A stretch of DNA of 42,500 bases from Candidatus Krumholzibacteriia bacterium (GTDB lineage: Bacteria; Krumholzibacteriota; Krumholzibacteriia; JAJRXK01): contig JBGPIA010000028.1 of the NCBI GenBank assembly GCA_041484665.1, positions 1 through 42,500 of the forward strand, written 5' to 3'. The position numbers and the translations under genes are program-made. The notes below the pieces were generated by a model, which did no database searches, had not been told where the DNA came from, and saw only the letters and a list, made by a program, of their open reading frames with translations. Positions 32,801 to 41,948 of this stretch are shown piece by piece (position 1 is the stretch's first letter; every line of letters starts with the position of its first letter).

Positions 32801-33065
32801 CGATGAAGTCATCGGGCTGGGTCCAGAAGCTGTAGGAGTAATTCTGGCCGATGGGCTGGTAGTCCCAGTTCATGCCGAACACCATGAAATCGCGGCCGTC
32901 CACCTGCAGGCGCGAGCCGCTGGCGTCGGTCACGACCTTCACGTGCGGCTGATCGGCGGCCCCGGACTGTGCCAAGCCTCTGACGGGAAGCGCGGCCAGC
33001 AGGAGGATTGCCGCGGGCGCGAGCGAACGGAATCGGCGGTGACCGCCGTCAGGTGCTCGGTGCAT
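29868..33065 (-). CDS. Clan GH-A (GH2-like TIM barrel) glycosidase with large C-terminal putative outer-membrane beta-barrel
   Basis: GAGGGG RBS before ATG 33065, signal peptide, GVNTIRHY, LLGNENNY (acid/base) and FTEFGAD (nucleophile). The last ~600 aa are beta-rich and end WEIRTYVHLAL. Confidence 0.8.
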   Translation of the reverse strand: MHRAPDGGHRRFRSLAPAAILLLAALPVRGLAQSGAADQPHVKVVTDASGSRLQVDGRDFMVFGMNWDYQPIGQNYSYSFWTQPDDFIEAALAREMPLLRAMGVNTIRHYVGMPPRWVRYVYETYGIYTIINHTVGRYGLTIEGVWHPITDYSDPKVRALLKREISGLVDEFEGTPGMLMWLLGNENNYGLTWSSFEIEALPEGERNAARARYLYSLFGEIIHDIHQRDPGRPVAIANGDLQYIDIIAEECAGLDVFGANVYRGISARDFFDVVKDKLGVPTMFTEFGADAFNAITMQEDQPTQARYLLGQWREIYEQSAGKGRAGNAIGGLIFQWSDGWWKFRQEERLDIHDTNASWPNRGYAEDYRAGDNNMNEEWWGITAKGYPDARGMYDVYPRAAYYALRDAFRIDPYGPATDLAAIRAHFASIQPIAAELAARGDAAKLQTALLDRVRVSGLRLEFETFSTGGKNISTPKIEQPQSAFPSYLGFDHGQSFYADIEAKPTDAVLGRLSVNVLGHVPVNPIDEIFYENRGRSRTFVDSEGSVVEVGSLERVKVYQSSLSWDDRWFMLDAFYRTGHLHWQYEGDFFALYRDAFYGGNVDIYNGQAPVGFELDGKKALAGLTLALGPELWWGANPAVFVKYRRSVGGIQWTGVFQEDFAQRTQTTSSLAIPIRETRKASLQMQTHVGPLGFEGGALWSGQPRVGETFQLMTEGADDRGDTATPEDVRQDKIETADTFGFKGRLTWERGRWHWYGQGAYMGLVAEAGPTSIPTFTGWQLRDSGSGNQIHALSGLAVSTGNWQIGPNLLWQKPIVGPMLHSEDLVGTAGRPRNVLDDPFAVRANRETTAAEIMLTYDPTPATWLWNWDSDLREDARMAASLGFVVRRHHSTADAGLFISSENAIYPFPGATPARDLWEVNGRIVNGFGPRTRMISDVYFGTAEPNGDDLRLIHRFGLSSRIAWGSVALAGHMKVNDYGPYDYHRDFNFTFPLQLMADVSFNLGTPRWFDLPQTRFGVCTTYRTLDRYSNRYQPEGALAPAASEIYPDGLPQGREWEIRTYVHLAL

Positions 33066-34452
33066 GGGATTCCCCTCGGGTCGAAGTCGACGAACCACTG
33101 GCGACGGCATTCGCCGAGACGACGCCACGATACCAGAGCGCGCTCTCCTTGGGGATGCGCCGCTGGGTCGCACGATCGACGGCGAGAAGGCCGAACCGCT
33201 TCTGGTATCCGTAACCCCATTCGAAGTTGTCCATCAAGGACCAGAGGAAGTAACCGCGCAAGGGCACGCCGTCCGCGATCGCGCGATGGGCAGCCTGCAG
33301 ATGCTCGCGCAGGTAGCGAACCCGCTTCTCGTCCACGATCCGACCTGCGGCATCGACGGGATCGTCGAAGGCGGCTCCGTTCTCGGTGATGTAGATGGCG
33401 CGCGGGGCGTAGTCCCGGTGGATGCGCAGCAGGCTCTCGTGGAGCCCGCGCGGATAGACTTCCCACCCCATGGCCGTCCGCTCTTCCGCCGCCGTCATTT
33501 TCGCATCGGTGGGCCGGCCGTCGGCATCGGCCTTCATGATCGCGCGGCTGTAGTAGTTCACCCCCAGGAAGTCGAGCGGAGTGGAAATGGCCTGCATGTC
33601 CCCGGTGTGCACGAACCGCAGCTCGGCATCGGCGAGGTGGCCTCGCGCGACCCGATCGGCGATCGCGTCGGAAGGGTACGTGCCCCTCAACACCGGATCG
33701 AGGTACCAGCGATTGAAGAAGCCGTCGAACCAGCGAGCGGCGTCCCGGTCGGCCTTCTGGTTTGAGGCCGCGTGCGCCGGGCAGTGGATGAGCACGATCC
33801 CGACCTCCGCCGCCGGCGTTTCGCGCCGGATGGCCTGTGTCGCCCAGCCGTGGGACAGCAGGAGATGATGGGCCACCTGCAAGCCCTCGGCGGGATCGCA
33901 GTGCCCGGGAGCGTGGTGACCCTCCTCGTGGCCGAGCGTGGCTACGCACCAAGGTTCGTTGTGCGTCACCCAGCGACGCGCGCGGTCACCCAGCCGTCGC
34001 AGCACCACCGTGGTGTACTCCACGAATGCCTCGGCCGTGTCGCGCTGTGCCCACCCACCCTCGTCCTGCAGCGCCTGAGGCAGGTCCCAATGGTAGAGCG
34101 TGGGAAACGGCTCGATGCCCGCCTCGAGCAGCCCGTCGATCAGAGCGTCGTAGAAGTCGAGGCCGGAGCGGTTCGCTTGGCCACGGCCATTCGGCAGGAC
34201 CCGTGGCCACGAAATGGAGAACCGGTAGGCGCCCACACCGAGCCAGCCCAACAGCCCGATGTCCTCGCGCCAGCGGTGGTAGTGATCGCACGCGATATCG
34301 GGGTTTGAGCCGTCGTGGATCTTGCCGGGGATCGCGGCGAAGCGGTCCCAGATCGAATCCCCACGGCCCTCGTCGCGCCGGCCGCCCTCGATCTGCTGGG
34401 CGGACGTGCCGACGCCCCACACGAAGCCCTCGGGAAAGGCCAAGCGCGCCAA
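33049..34452 (-). CDS. GH1 beta-glucosidase (cytoplasmic)
   Basis: FPEGFVWG, ACDHYHRW, YRFSISWPR, THNEP, YITENGAA and WSLMDNFEW; no signal peptide. Confidence 0.95.
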   Translation of the reverse strand: MARLAFPEGFVWGVGTSAQQIEGGRRDEGRGDSIWDRFAAIPGKIHDGSNPDIACDHYHRWREDIGLLGWLGVGAYRFSISWPRVLPNGRGQANRSGLDFYDALIDGLLEAGIEPFPTLYHWDLPQALQDEGGWAQRDTAEAFVEYTTVVLRRLGDRARRWVTHNEPWCVATLGHEEGHHAPGHCDPAEGLQVAHHLLLSHGWATQAIRRETPAAEVGIVLIHCPAHAASNQKADRDAARWFDGFFNRWYLDPVLRGTYPSDAIADRVARGHLADAELRFVHTGDMQAISTPLDFLGVNYYSRAIMKADADGRPTDAKMTAAEERTAMGWEVYPRGLHESLLRIHRDYAPRAIYITENGAAFDDPVDAAGRIVDEKRVRYLREHLQAAHRAIADGVPLRGYFLWSLMDNFEWGYGYQKRFGLLAVDRATQRRIPKESALWYRGVVSANAVASGSSTSTRGESHAPST

Positions 34453-34555
34453 CTCCCATCAACTCCCTGGGCAACAACCAGTTAGACCAGTGGATCCGGC
34501 TATCGATCAAGCCGTGGATCCGGCTGCGGGCGGGCGGGTTCAACCCGCAAATTCG

Positions 34556-34587
34556 CCTTTGTTCGGACGCCGAACATAGTGTATCAT
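34556..34587. promoter_or_regulatory. ROK-type operator 2 overlapping promoter TTGTTC-17-TATCAT
   Basis: CCTTTGTTCG-GACGC-CGAACATAGT (34556-34580) between divergent operons. Confidence 0.8.
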
Positions 34588-34685
34588 TGCCTTGGCCCTG
34601 TCAAGGCGTCTCTCGGCGCCCGGGCAGCGTGCACGCGGCGGCGCGCACGAACACAAACGGCGATCCGAACGAAGAGGTCGACGAC

Positions 34686-35714
34686 ATGAGAACTCACACA
34701 ACCGCTGTGCTGGGGACTCGAGCAACTCCTCGGCTGCGCACGCGCGCAACGCATCTCCTGTTGGCTGCGATGCTGATCGGTCTGATTTCCTCGCCAGCCC
34801 GCGCTGACCTGGCGGCCTACAGCCAGGACTTCGAGGGGCTGGTCCAGTCCGACCCGGGCGCCCTGGCGAACGACGGCTGTTTGGTCTACGGAAACGTCTT
34901 CCAGCCGGACGGAACCACCTACATCTATGGTTACGGTGCGTTCCTGGCTCCCAACGATGGCTTCGCGTTCTGCCAGATCGACCTCGGGCAGGGTGGCGTG
35001 GAGCAGGGCTTCCAGCAGCTCGTGGTGTTCAGCGATTACAACAACACCGATCACGCCCTCGGGCGGATCATCGAATCGAACGTCTACCGGGAGCAGATCA
35101 TCGGAGCCGCGAACGTCGGGCAGACGTGGGTATTCCAATTCCAGGCCAAGCTCGGCAATCTGACCGGCGCATCCACAGCGGCGGCATGGATCAAGACCCT
35201 CAACCCGAGCGCTGGCTACGCGACGACCAACTGGATCTCCCAGAACATGACGTCGACTCCCGTCAGCTGGTCGGGCTACTCGCTGTCGATCCTGATCGAT
35301 GCGAGTCTGGTGGGTCAGATCCTCCAGATTGGGTTCTCGAACCGGGCCACGAACTATCAGGGTTCGGGGGTCTTCTACGACAACCTCGATTTCCACCAGG
35401 GCGGCGGGATCGACGCACCACCGAGCCCGGTCGCTTTCGGCGCTGCGCTGGGGCAGAACTACCCCAACCCATTCAACCCCAGCACGCGCATCGACTTCCG
35501 CCTCGATCAGCCGGGGACGGTCGATCTCGCGGTGTTCAATCTCGCAGGACGCAGGTTGGCAACCCTCGAGCAAGGAGCGCTGGCGAGCGGGAACCACGTG
35601 GCGGTCTGGAACGGGCGGACCGACGACGGCGTGGCCGTAGCCTCCGGTCGGTATGCATACGTGCTGACCACCGCGAGCGGTCGGATCTCCCGCGGTATGG
35701 TCCTGCTCAAGTAG
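34686..35714 (+). CDS. Secreted protein of unknown function (putative glycan-binding beta-sandwich) with FlgD-Ig domain
   Basis: GAGG RBS, signal peptide ..PARA-DLAAYSQDFE, core paralogous to 39420-40148, and QNYPNPFNPST..WNGRTDDG..SG C-terminal domain. Confidence 0.85.
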   Translation: MRTHTTAVLGTRATPRLRTRATHLLLAAMLIGLISSPARADLAAYSQDFEGLVQSDPGALANDGCLVYGNVFQPDGTTYIYGYGAFLAPNDGFAFCQIDLGQGGVEQGFQQLVVFSDYNNTDHALGRIIESNVYREQIIGAANVGQTWVFQFQAKLGNLTGASTAAAWIKTLNPSAGYATTNWISQNMTSTPVSWSGYSLSILIDASLVGQILQIGFSNRATNYQGSGVFYDNLDFHQGGGIDAPPSPVAFGAALGQNYPNPFNPSTRIDFRLDQPGTVDLAVFNLAGRRLATLEQGALASGNHVAVWNGRTDDGVAVASGRYAYVLTTASGRISRGMVLLK

Positions 35715-35773
35715 GTGTTCTGGAGGCCACGCCGAGGCCGTGCCGCCGGTTGATGCGGTGGCGGCGGTGAATC

Positions 35774-38700
35774 ATGGAAGGTAGGACGAGGCCAGCTCAC
35801 GTCGCGCCGAAGGCCGACGCCCCACCGGCGTCTGTCGCCGGCGCATTCGTGGATCTGGAAGGAGAATCGTACTATCGGATCTCGGCGTTCGATCGGCTCA
35901 CCCCCTTCTTGATGAGCCTGCCGAGCGACACTGACCTGTGGATGTTCGTGACGTCCGGCGGGGGCCTCACCGCCGGGCGCGTCGATCCCGACGGCAGCCT
36001 CTTCCCCTACCGCACGGTCGATGAGCTCCACGACGCCCACCATCACACCGGACCCATCACGCTGCTGCGGGTCGGGCGCGACCACGGCGCGTCCATGCTC
36101 TGGGAGCCGCTGGCTGGGAACGCCACCCCCGGCCGGGCCGTCGAGCGGAACCTGTACAAGAACACAGTCGGCAACCGGCTTCTCTTCGAAGAGACCCGTC
36201 ACGACCTCGGCCTCACCTTCCGGTACCGGTGGTCGGCGTGCGACGAGTTCGGATGGGTGCGTTCGGTGTCGCTGCAGAACCACAGCGAGCACGCCGTCGA
36301 GCTCTCCCTCCTCGATGGGCTCAGGAACATCCTTCCCTTCGGGGCCCCTCTGTCGCTGTACCAGCAGGCGGGCAACCTGGTCGACGCGTACAAGAAGTCG
36401 GAAGTCGACCCGCTGACGGGACTCGGCATCTTCTCGCTCACCGCCGGGATCACCGATCGAGCGGAGGCTCTCGAGATTTTGCGCGCCAACACCGTCTGGT
36501 GCTGCGGTCTCGACCAGTTCCAGGTTGCCCTCTCCCCCGCCGCGCTGGAGAGCTTCCGCGCAGGAGACCCGGTTCCTGTCGACCGCGTCCGCAACGGTGT
36601 TCGCGGGAACTACTTCGTGACCGCGAATCTGAAGCTGCCGCCGGGGGAGGAGCGGCACTGGCACATCGTCGCCGATGCCGGCCTGGATCACGTGCGAATC
36701 AGCGCTCTGCGCCGCCGGCTCCTCGACGACCGGGAGCTGATCGATCGAATCGAGCCGAGCCTCGAGCGGGCCCGGGAGAGTCTGTGGCGGATCGTCGCCA
36801 GCGCGGACGGCGTCCAGCTGTCCGGCCGCCCCGAGTCGTGGTGCCATCACTTCGCGAACGTACTCTTCAACGGTATGCGGGGCGGGGTCTTCCTGCGCAA
36901 CCACGAGATCCCGGCTACGGACCTGGCGGCCTCGCTTGCGGTGCGCAACCGTGCCGTGGCCGACCGTCACGCGCGCCTTCTGGACCAGCTGCCCGCGGGC
37001 TCCACAGTATCGCAGGTGCGCGCCGTGGCGCGCGAGACCGGCGACGCGGACCTCGAGCGGCTGGTCCGCGAGTATCTCCCGCTGTACTTCAGCCGGCGTC
37101 ACGGCGACCCCAGCCGGCCCTGGAATCGCTTCACGATCCGCGCCCGCGACCGGGCCCGCAACCGCGACCTGCATTACGAGGGCAACTGGCGGGACATCTT
37201 TCAGAATTGGGAAGCGCTGGGCTACGCGTTCCCCGGCTTCCTGCCGAGCATGGTCGCCAGATTCCTCAACGCGTCCACGGCGGATGGGTTCAACCCGTAT
37301 CGCGTCACACAACAGGGCGTCGACTGGGAAACGGTCTCCTCCGGCGACCCCTGGAGCAACATCGGGTACTGGGGGGATCACCAGATCGTCTATCTGTTGC
37401 GGCTGCTCGAGGCGATGGACCGCTTCCATCCCTCGGAGATCGACGATCTGCTGGGCGTGGAGATCTTCAGCTACGTGGATATCCCCTACCGCAGCAAGCC
37501 CTACGCAGCGCTGCTGCGCAACCCCAGCTCGACGATCGAGTTCGATCACGAGCGGGCGGCTGGTATCGAGGAGCGCGTCCGGCGCCAGGGGACCGACGGC
37601 AAGCTACTGCAGTCCCCGGCCGGTGCGATCTACCACGCAAACCTCTTCGAGAAACTGCTCGTCCCGGCTCTCTCCAAGTTGTCGAATCTGGTGCCGGGCG
37701 CGGGCATCTGGATGAACACCCAGCGTCCGGAATGGAACGACGCGAACAATGCGCTGGCAGCCGGCGGGATCTCGGTCGTGACGCTCTGCTACCTGCGTCG
37801 CTACCTCGCGTTCCTGGCCGATCGGCTCACTGCCTCCGCGACGCTGAAGGTCCCGGTCTCGCGTGAGGTCGCCGACTGGCTCGACAGCATTGCTGCCGTG
37901 CTGGAGAGCGAGCAGCAGATGCTCCCCACGAGTTCGCTCGCGCCGCATGACCGCAAGCGGCTGATGGACGCGCTGGGCGAGGCGTTTTCTGGCTACCGCG
38001 AACGCGTCTACGCACATGGCTTCTCGGGCAAGGTCGACGTCAGCGTGCAACGGGGGATCGACCTTTGCCAGCTCGCCTTGCGCTTCGTCGACGCTGGGCT
38101 GGCGGCGAATCGTCGCGCAGACGGCCTCTTTCACTCCTACCACGTGCTGCATCTCACGCAGGACCAGCAGGGCGTCGAGGTGGTTCCCCTGCCGGAGATG
38201 CTCGAGGGGCAGGTGGCCGCGCTCAGCTCGGGCTGCCTGGAGCCACCGGACGCCCTCGAACTGCTCCAGCAGTTGTTCCGCAGTGCCCTGTATCGGCCCG
38301 ACCAGCGTAGCTTCCTGCTCCAGCCGGAGCGTGAACTGCCGGGGTTCCTGGCCAAGAACGTGCTCGAAAACGCCAGAGTGGAGGCGATTCCACTCCTGAA
38401 GGATCTCCTGGCCGCGGAGGACCGGTCGTTGCTCGCCCGCGATGAGGATGGAGTCGTGCGCTTCTGCAGCGAGTTCCGCGCTGCCAGCGACGTGGTCGAG
38501 GCCCTGGACCGCCTCGGAGCGCGCGCGAGGTGGGCGCGAGCGGTCGAGCGCGACCGGGGCACCGTCCTCGAGCTGTTCGAGGACGTGTTCCGCCACAGGT
38601 CGTACACCGGCCGGTCAGGGGTGATGTACGCTTACGAAGGGCTCGGCTGCATCTACTGGCACATGGTTGCCAAGCTCCTCGTAGCGGTCCAAGAGAATGT

Positions 38701-39340
38701 CCTGCGCGCTGTCCATGAGTGCCAGGCGGCGCACACGCGCGGGCCGCATCACAGTTTTGGCCAGGGCGGCCGCTCGGGGGCTGCGCCGCACGCGATGCAT
38801 CCGTCGGTCCGAGACGATCTGGCCCGCATGTACTTCCGGATCCGTGCCGGCCTCGGTTACGAGAAGTCGGCCGCGGAATACGGTGCGTTCCCCACCGACC
38901 CCTACTCCCACACACCTGGCGACGGCGGTGCGAAGCAACCCGGCATGACCGGGCAGGTGAAGGAGGAGATCCTCACGCGGGCCGGCGAGCTGGGGATCCT
39001 CGTGGTGAACGGCGCGCTGCGCTTCGAGCCGTTCCTGCTCCGCGCGCGCGAGTTTCTCCAGCGTCCGGCAAGCTTCCGCTATGTGGACGTCGACGGAGGC
39101 GTCCAGGCCATCCCCCTGCCGACTGGGAGCTTGGCGTTCACCTTCTGCCAGGTCCCCGTGGTCTACGAGCGCGTGGTCGGGGATCCATGGATCCGCGTGG
39201 TGTTTCGCGACGGGTTCGCCAGCGAAGCGCCCGGCGGCAGGCTGGATCCTGCGCTCAGCGCAGAGGTCTTCGCCCGCAGCGGACGGATCGAGTGCATCCG
39301 CGTGGGCGTTTCCGAGCGACAGCTGTGCGCGGCGGCCTAG
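35774..39340 (+). CDS. GH149 beta-1,3-glucan phosphorylase
   Basis: FSRRHGDPSRPWN, YEGNWRDIFQNWEAL, GYWGDHQI, WMNTQRPEWNDANNAL, YEGLGCIYWHMV, FPTDPYSHTP and QPGMTGQVKE. Confidence 0.88.
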   Translation: MEGRTRPAHVAPKADAPPASVAGAFVDLEGESYYRISAFDRLTPFLMSLPSDTDLWMFVTSGGGLTAGRVDPDGSLFPYRTVDELHDAHHHTGPITLLRVGRDHGASMLWEPLAGNATPGRAVERNLYKNTVGNRLLFEETRHDLGLTFRYRWSACDEFGWVRSVSLQNHSEHAVELSLLDGLRNILPFGAPLSLYQQAGNLVDAYKKSEVDPLTGLGIFSLTAGITDRAEALEILRANTVWCCGLDQFQVALSPAALESFRAGDPVPVDRVRNGVRGNYFVTANLKLPPGEERHWHIVADAGLDHVRISALRRRLLDDRELIDRIEPSLERARESLWRIVASADGVQLSGRPESWCHHFANVLFNGMRGGVFLRNHEIPATDLAASLAVRNRAVADRHARLLDQLPAGSTVSQVRAVARETGDADLERLVREYLPLYFSRRHGDPSRPWNRFTIRARDRARNRDLHYEGNWRDIFQNWEALGYAFPGFLPSMVARFLNASTADGFNPYRVTQQGVDWETVSSGDPWSNIGYWGDHQIVYLLRLLEAMDRFHPSEIDDLLGVEIFSYVDIPYRSKPYAALLRNPSSTIEFDHERAAGIEERVRRQGTDGKLLQSPAGAIYHANLFEKLLVPALSKLSNLVPGAGIWMNTQRPEWNDANNALAAGGISVVTLCYLRRYLAFLADRLTASATLKVPVSREVADWLDSIAAVLESEQQMLPTSSLAPHDRKRLMDALGEAFSGYRERVYAHGFSGKVDVSVQRGIDLCQLALRFVDAGLAANRRADGLFHSYHVLHLTQDQQGVEVVPLPEMLEGQVAALSSGCLEPPDALELLQQLFRSALYRPDQRSFLLQPERELPGFLAKNVLENARVEAIPLLKDLLAAEDRSLLARDEDGVVRFCSEFRAASDVVEALDRLGARARWARAVERDRGTVLELFEDVFRHRSYTGRSGVMYAYEGLGCIYWHMVAKLLVAVQENVLRAVHECQAAHTRGPHHSFGQGGRSGAAPHAMHPSVRDDLARMYFRIRAGLGYEKSAAEYGAFPTDPYSHTPGDGGAKQPGMTGQVKEEILTRAGELGILVVNGALRFEPFLLRAREFLQRPASFRYVDVDGGVQAIPLPTGSLAFTFCQVPVVYERVVGDPWIRVVFRDGFASEAPGGRLDPALSAEVFARSGRIECIRVGVSERQLCAAA

Positions 39341-39371
39341 TCCGCGCATCGGCCGCTCCCCGAGAAGGCGA

Positions 39372-39395
39372 AGGGGCCCGCCTGGGCGGGCCCCT
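39372..39395. terminator. Hairpin between convergent genes
   Basis: AGGGGCCCGCC-TG-GGCGGGCCCCT. Confidence 0.7.
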
Positions 39396-39419
39396 ACGTT
39401 CGCGCAACCGCGAGTAAGG

Positions 39420-40148
39420 CTAGTTGAAGAGCGACTTCACGCTGCCCCAGGTCACCGGTTCGGTCGGGATGGACCCGTCGGGAGCGAAGTTGATGTTGTC
39501 GTAAAGGGTGCCCGAGGGCTCGTAGTGGGTTGCGTTGTTCGCGAAGCCGATCTGCAGGATCTGACCCACCAGGCTCGGATCGATCACGATCGACAACGAG
39601 TACGTCGACCACGTGGCAGGGATGGCCGTCATGTTTGCCGTGATGAAGTTCGTCATCGCATAGCCGGCTGCGGGATTGAGGGTCTTGATGAACGCCAGCG
39701 CGGTCGAGTTGCCAGCCAGGTCCCCGTGCTTGGCGTCGAACGTGAACACCCACGTCTGGCCTGCGTTCGCCGCGCCGACGACCAGCTCGTGGAAGACGTT
39801 GGACTCGATGATGTTGCCGTTGGCGTGGTCGCCGTTGTTGTAGTCGCTGAAGACCACGAGCTGTTGCGCACCCTGCCCGGCTCCACCCTCCCCGGCGGCG
39901 ATGGTGCAGAACGCGTAGGGAGGCCCGCCATTGGGAGCCGGGAAGCTTCCGTAGCCGTACAGGTACGCGCCGCCCGGGGCGAACACGTTGGCGAAGACCA
40001 GCCAGCCGCCGCCCGCCAGCGCGCCGGGATCCGTCTGGATCATGCTCTCGAAATCTTGCGAGTAGATAGCTAGGTCTGCGCGAGCCGCCGCGGGAATCAC
40101 GATGATCAGCGCCGCGACCGCGAAGACGGCGGTAGCACACTTGCTCAT
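39420..40148 (-). CDS. Secreted protein, paralog of 34686-35714, ending in a TWGxxK tail
   Basis: GAGGA RBS, signal peptide ..AARA-DLAIYSQDFE, shared QQLVVFSDYNN.DHA and LVGQILQIGF.N, and C-terminus PTEPVTWGSVKSLFN. Confidence 0.88.
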   Translation of the reverse strand: MSKCATAVFAVAALIIVIPAAARADLAIYSQDFESMIQTDPGALAGGGWLVFANVFAPGGAYLYGYGSFPAPNGGPPYAFCTIAAGEGGAGQGAQQLVVFSDYNNGDHANGNIIESNVFHELVVGAANAGQTWVFTFDAKHGDLAGNSTALAFIKTLNPAAGYAMTNFITANMTAIPATWSTYSLSIVIDPSLVGQILQIGFANNATHYEPSGTLYDNINFAPDGSIPTEPVTWGSVKSLFN

Positions 40149-40246
40149 TCTAGTGTCCTCTCATTGGAGACGACGTTGCTGACAGACAAACCGGGAATCG
40201 GCACCGTCCCGCGGATCCGGGGGGGAGCCCGAACTCCAGCACCCCC

Positions 40247-40278
40247 AGTATAGACTATGTTCGGTAACCGAATCAAGT
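40247..40278 (-). promoter_or_regulatory. Promoter TTGATT-18-TATACT overlapped by ROK-type operator 3
   Basis: ACTATGTTCG-GTAAC-CGAATCAAGT at 40254-40278. Confidence 0.8.
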
Positions 40279-40342
40279 TTAGGAATTGGCCCGGCCAGAA
40301 TGCTGGCAGGCGGAGCTCCCCGAAGTGCACGCGAGAATCGGC

Positions 40343-40396
40343 TTGACAGCGATGGAAACGCCGGGATACTTTGTTCGGTTGTCGTACAAAGTATCC
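40343..40396 (+). promoter_or_regulatory. Promoter (-35 TTGACA) with ROK-type operator 4
   Basis: TTGACA at 40343-40348; GGAT-ACTTTGTTCG-GTTGT-CGTACAAAGT-ATCC at 40364-40396. Confidence 0.82.
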
Positions 40397-40446
40397 ACCG
40401 CCGGGCCCCGTGCCGGGAGCCCGCGACCTGCCGATGCGGTGAAGGC

Positions 40447-41913
40447 ATGAACCCTCCCGCCCATTCCAGGACCGCTCGGGAGGACCGGGTCGCCTTCGCG
40501 CACCGCCTGGCGTACGGCGCCGGCGCGTTCGTCAACAACCTCCTGGCCGCAGCCAGTGGGGGGATGATGATCGTCCTGAACCTGGGCCTGGGAATGAACC
40601 CGGCCCTGGTGGGACTGCTGGGCGCCCTGCCCAGACTGTTCGACGCCCTCATCGACCCCCTGATGGGGTTCATCTCCGACAACACACGCAGTCATTGGGG
40701 GCGCCGGCGCCCGTATATCTTCTGGGGCGCCATCGCCTCCGGTGTCACCTTCGCGCTGTTGTGGCAACTGCCGCGTGGCCACAGCGAGACCTTCTATTTC
40801 GTCTTCTTCCTGTTCGTATCGCTCCTTTTCTATGCCGCCTACACCGTGTTCGCCGCCCCGTGGGTCGCGCTCGGCTACGAGTTGACCCCCGATTACCACG
40901 AGCGGACGCGCCTGATGGGGACGCAGAACTTCGTCGGCCAGCTGGCCTATGTGCTCTCGCCCTGGTTCCTGTGGATCATGAACTCCGGTCGGTTCTTTCC
41001 CGATCAAGTGGCCGGCGCGGCCGGCCTGGCCGTCGTCGTCGCGGTGGTGGCCATGGGACTCGGCGTTCTGCCGGCCATCTTCCTGCGTGAACGCATGCTC
41101 GGCGTCGCCATGGCCGAAGCACGGGAGGCGCGCGGCAGCGACGGCCTGAAGCAGAAGCTGGCGGAGTTCTTCCGCGGCTTCAAACTGACCCTCTCGAATG
41201 GGCCCTTCCTCAGGTTGTGCATGGCGGCCTTCCTGGTGTTCAACGGCTTCATCCTCATCTCGTCGTTCCAGTACTACGTGATCATCTACTATGTGTGCGG
41301 CGGCGATCAGACGGCCGGGGCGAGGTACGCCGGCTGGGCCGGCACCGTCGGCGGCGTGTGCACCTTCGCCGTGGTCGCGTTCGTCACCTGGCTCGGCACC
41401 AGGATCGGCAAGCGACGCGCGTTCTTCGTGTCCACCGGGGTGTCCATCGTCGGGTACGGGCTCAAGTGGTTCTGCTACAATCCGAACCACCCCTTGCTGG
41501 TGATGCTGCCCGCGCCGTTGCTGTCCTTCGGATTGGGCGGGCTGTTCACGCTGGTTCCGTCGATGATCGCCGACGTCGTCGACACCGACGAGCTGCGGAC
41601 CCACGAACGCCGGGAAGGCATGTTCGGGTCGATCTTCTGGTGGATGGTAAAGCTGGGCCTGTCGGCGGCGCTCGCGGGCAGCGGGTATCTGCTCAACGCC
41701 ACTGGTTTCGACGTGAAGCTTGCCGGCGGCCAGGCCGCCCGGACTATCGTGCTCATGCGCCTGTGCGATCTCGGCTTCCCCATGCTCACCTCGGCCATCG
41801 CCATCTGGGCGATCGCGAAGTATCCGATCACCGAGGCGCGGGCGCTCGAAGTGCGACAGGAGCTGGAGCGGCGGCGGGGGAAGGCGAAGGCCGAAGTTGT
41901 CCCTGCTACGTAG
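40447..41913 (+). CDS. MFS glycoside-pentoside-hexuronide (MelB/GPH) sugar:cation symporter
   Basis: RLFDALIDPLMGFISDNTRSHWGRRRPY, ALGYELTPDYHERT and SMIADVVD..RREGMFGS; about 12 TM helices. Confidence 0.93.
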   Translation: MNPPAHSRTAREDRVAFAHRLAYGAGAFVNNLLAAASGGMMIVLNLGLGMNPALVGLLGALPRLFDALIDPLMGFISDNTRSHWGRRRPYIFWGAIASGVTFALLWQLPRGHSETFYFVFFLFVSLLFYAAYTVFAAPWVALGYELTPDYHERTRLMGTQNFVGQLAYVLSPWFLWIMNSGRFFPDQVAGAAGLAVVVAVVAMGLGVLPAIFLRERMLGVAMAEAREARGSDGLKQKLAEFFRGFKLTLSNGPFLRLCMAAFLVFNGFILISSFQYYVIIYYVCGGDQTAGARYAGWAGTVGGVCTFAVVAFVTWLGTRIGKRRAFFVSTGVSIVGYGLKWFCYNPNHPLLVMLPAPLLSFGLGGLFTLVPSMIADVVDTDELRTHERREGMFGSIFWWMVKLGLSAALAGSGYLLNATGFDVKLAGGQAARTIVLMRLCDLGFPMLTSAIAIWAIAKYPITEARALEVRQELERRRGKAKAEVVPAT

Positions 41914-41948
41914 CCGCGTGGGAGTGACGGCATTCCGCTGACAGCGGC

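Noticed and set aside
34450..34525. Short direct repeats CAACTCCC x2 and GTGGATCCGGCT x2 upstream of GH1
   Set aside because: Only two copies each and not seen at the other promoters; insufficient evidence of function.
33837..34685. N-terminal 283 aa of the 625-aa ORF
   Set aside because: It overlaps GH1 antisense and the promoter; the real start with RBS and signal peptide is 34686.
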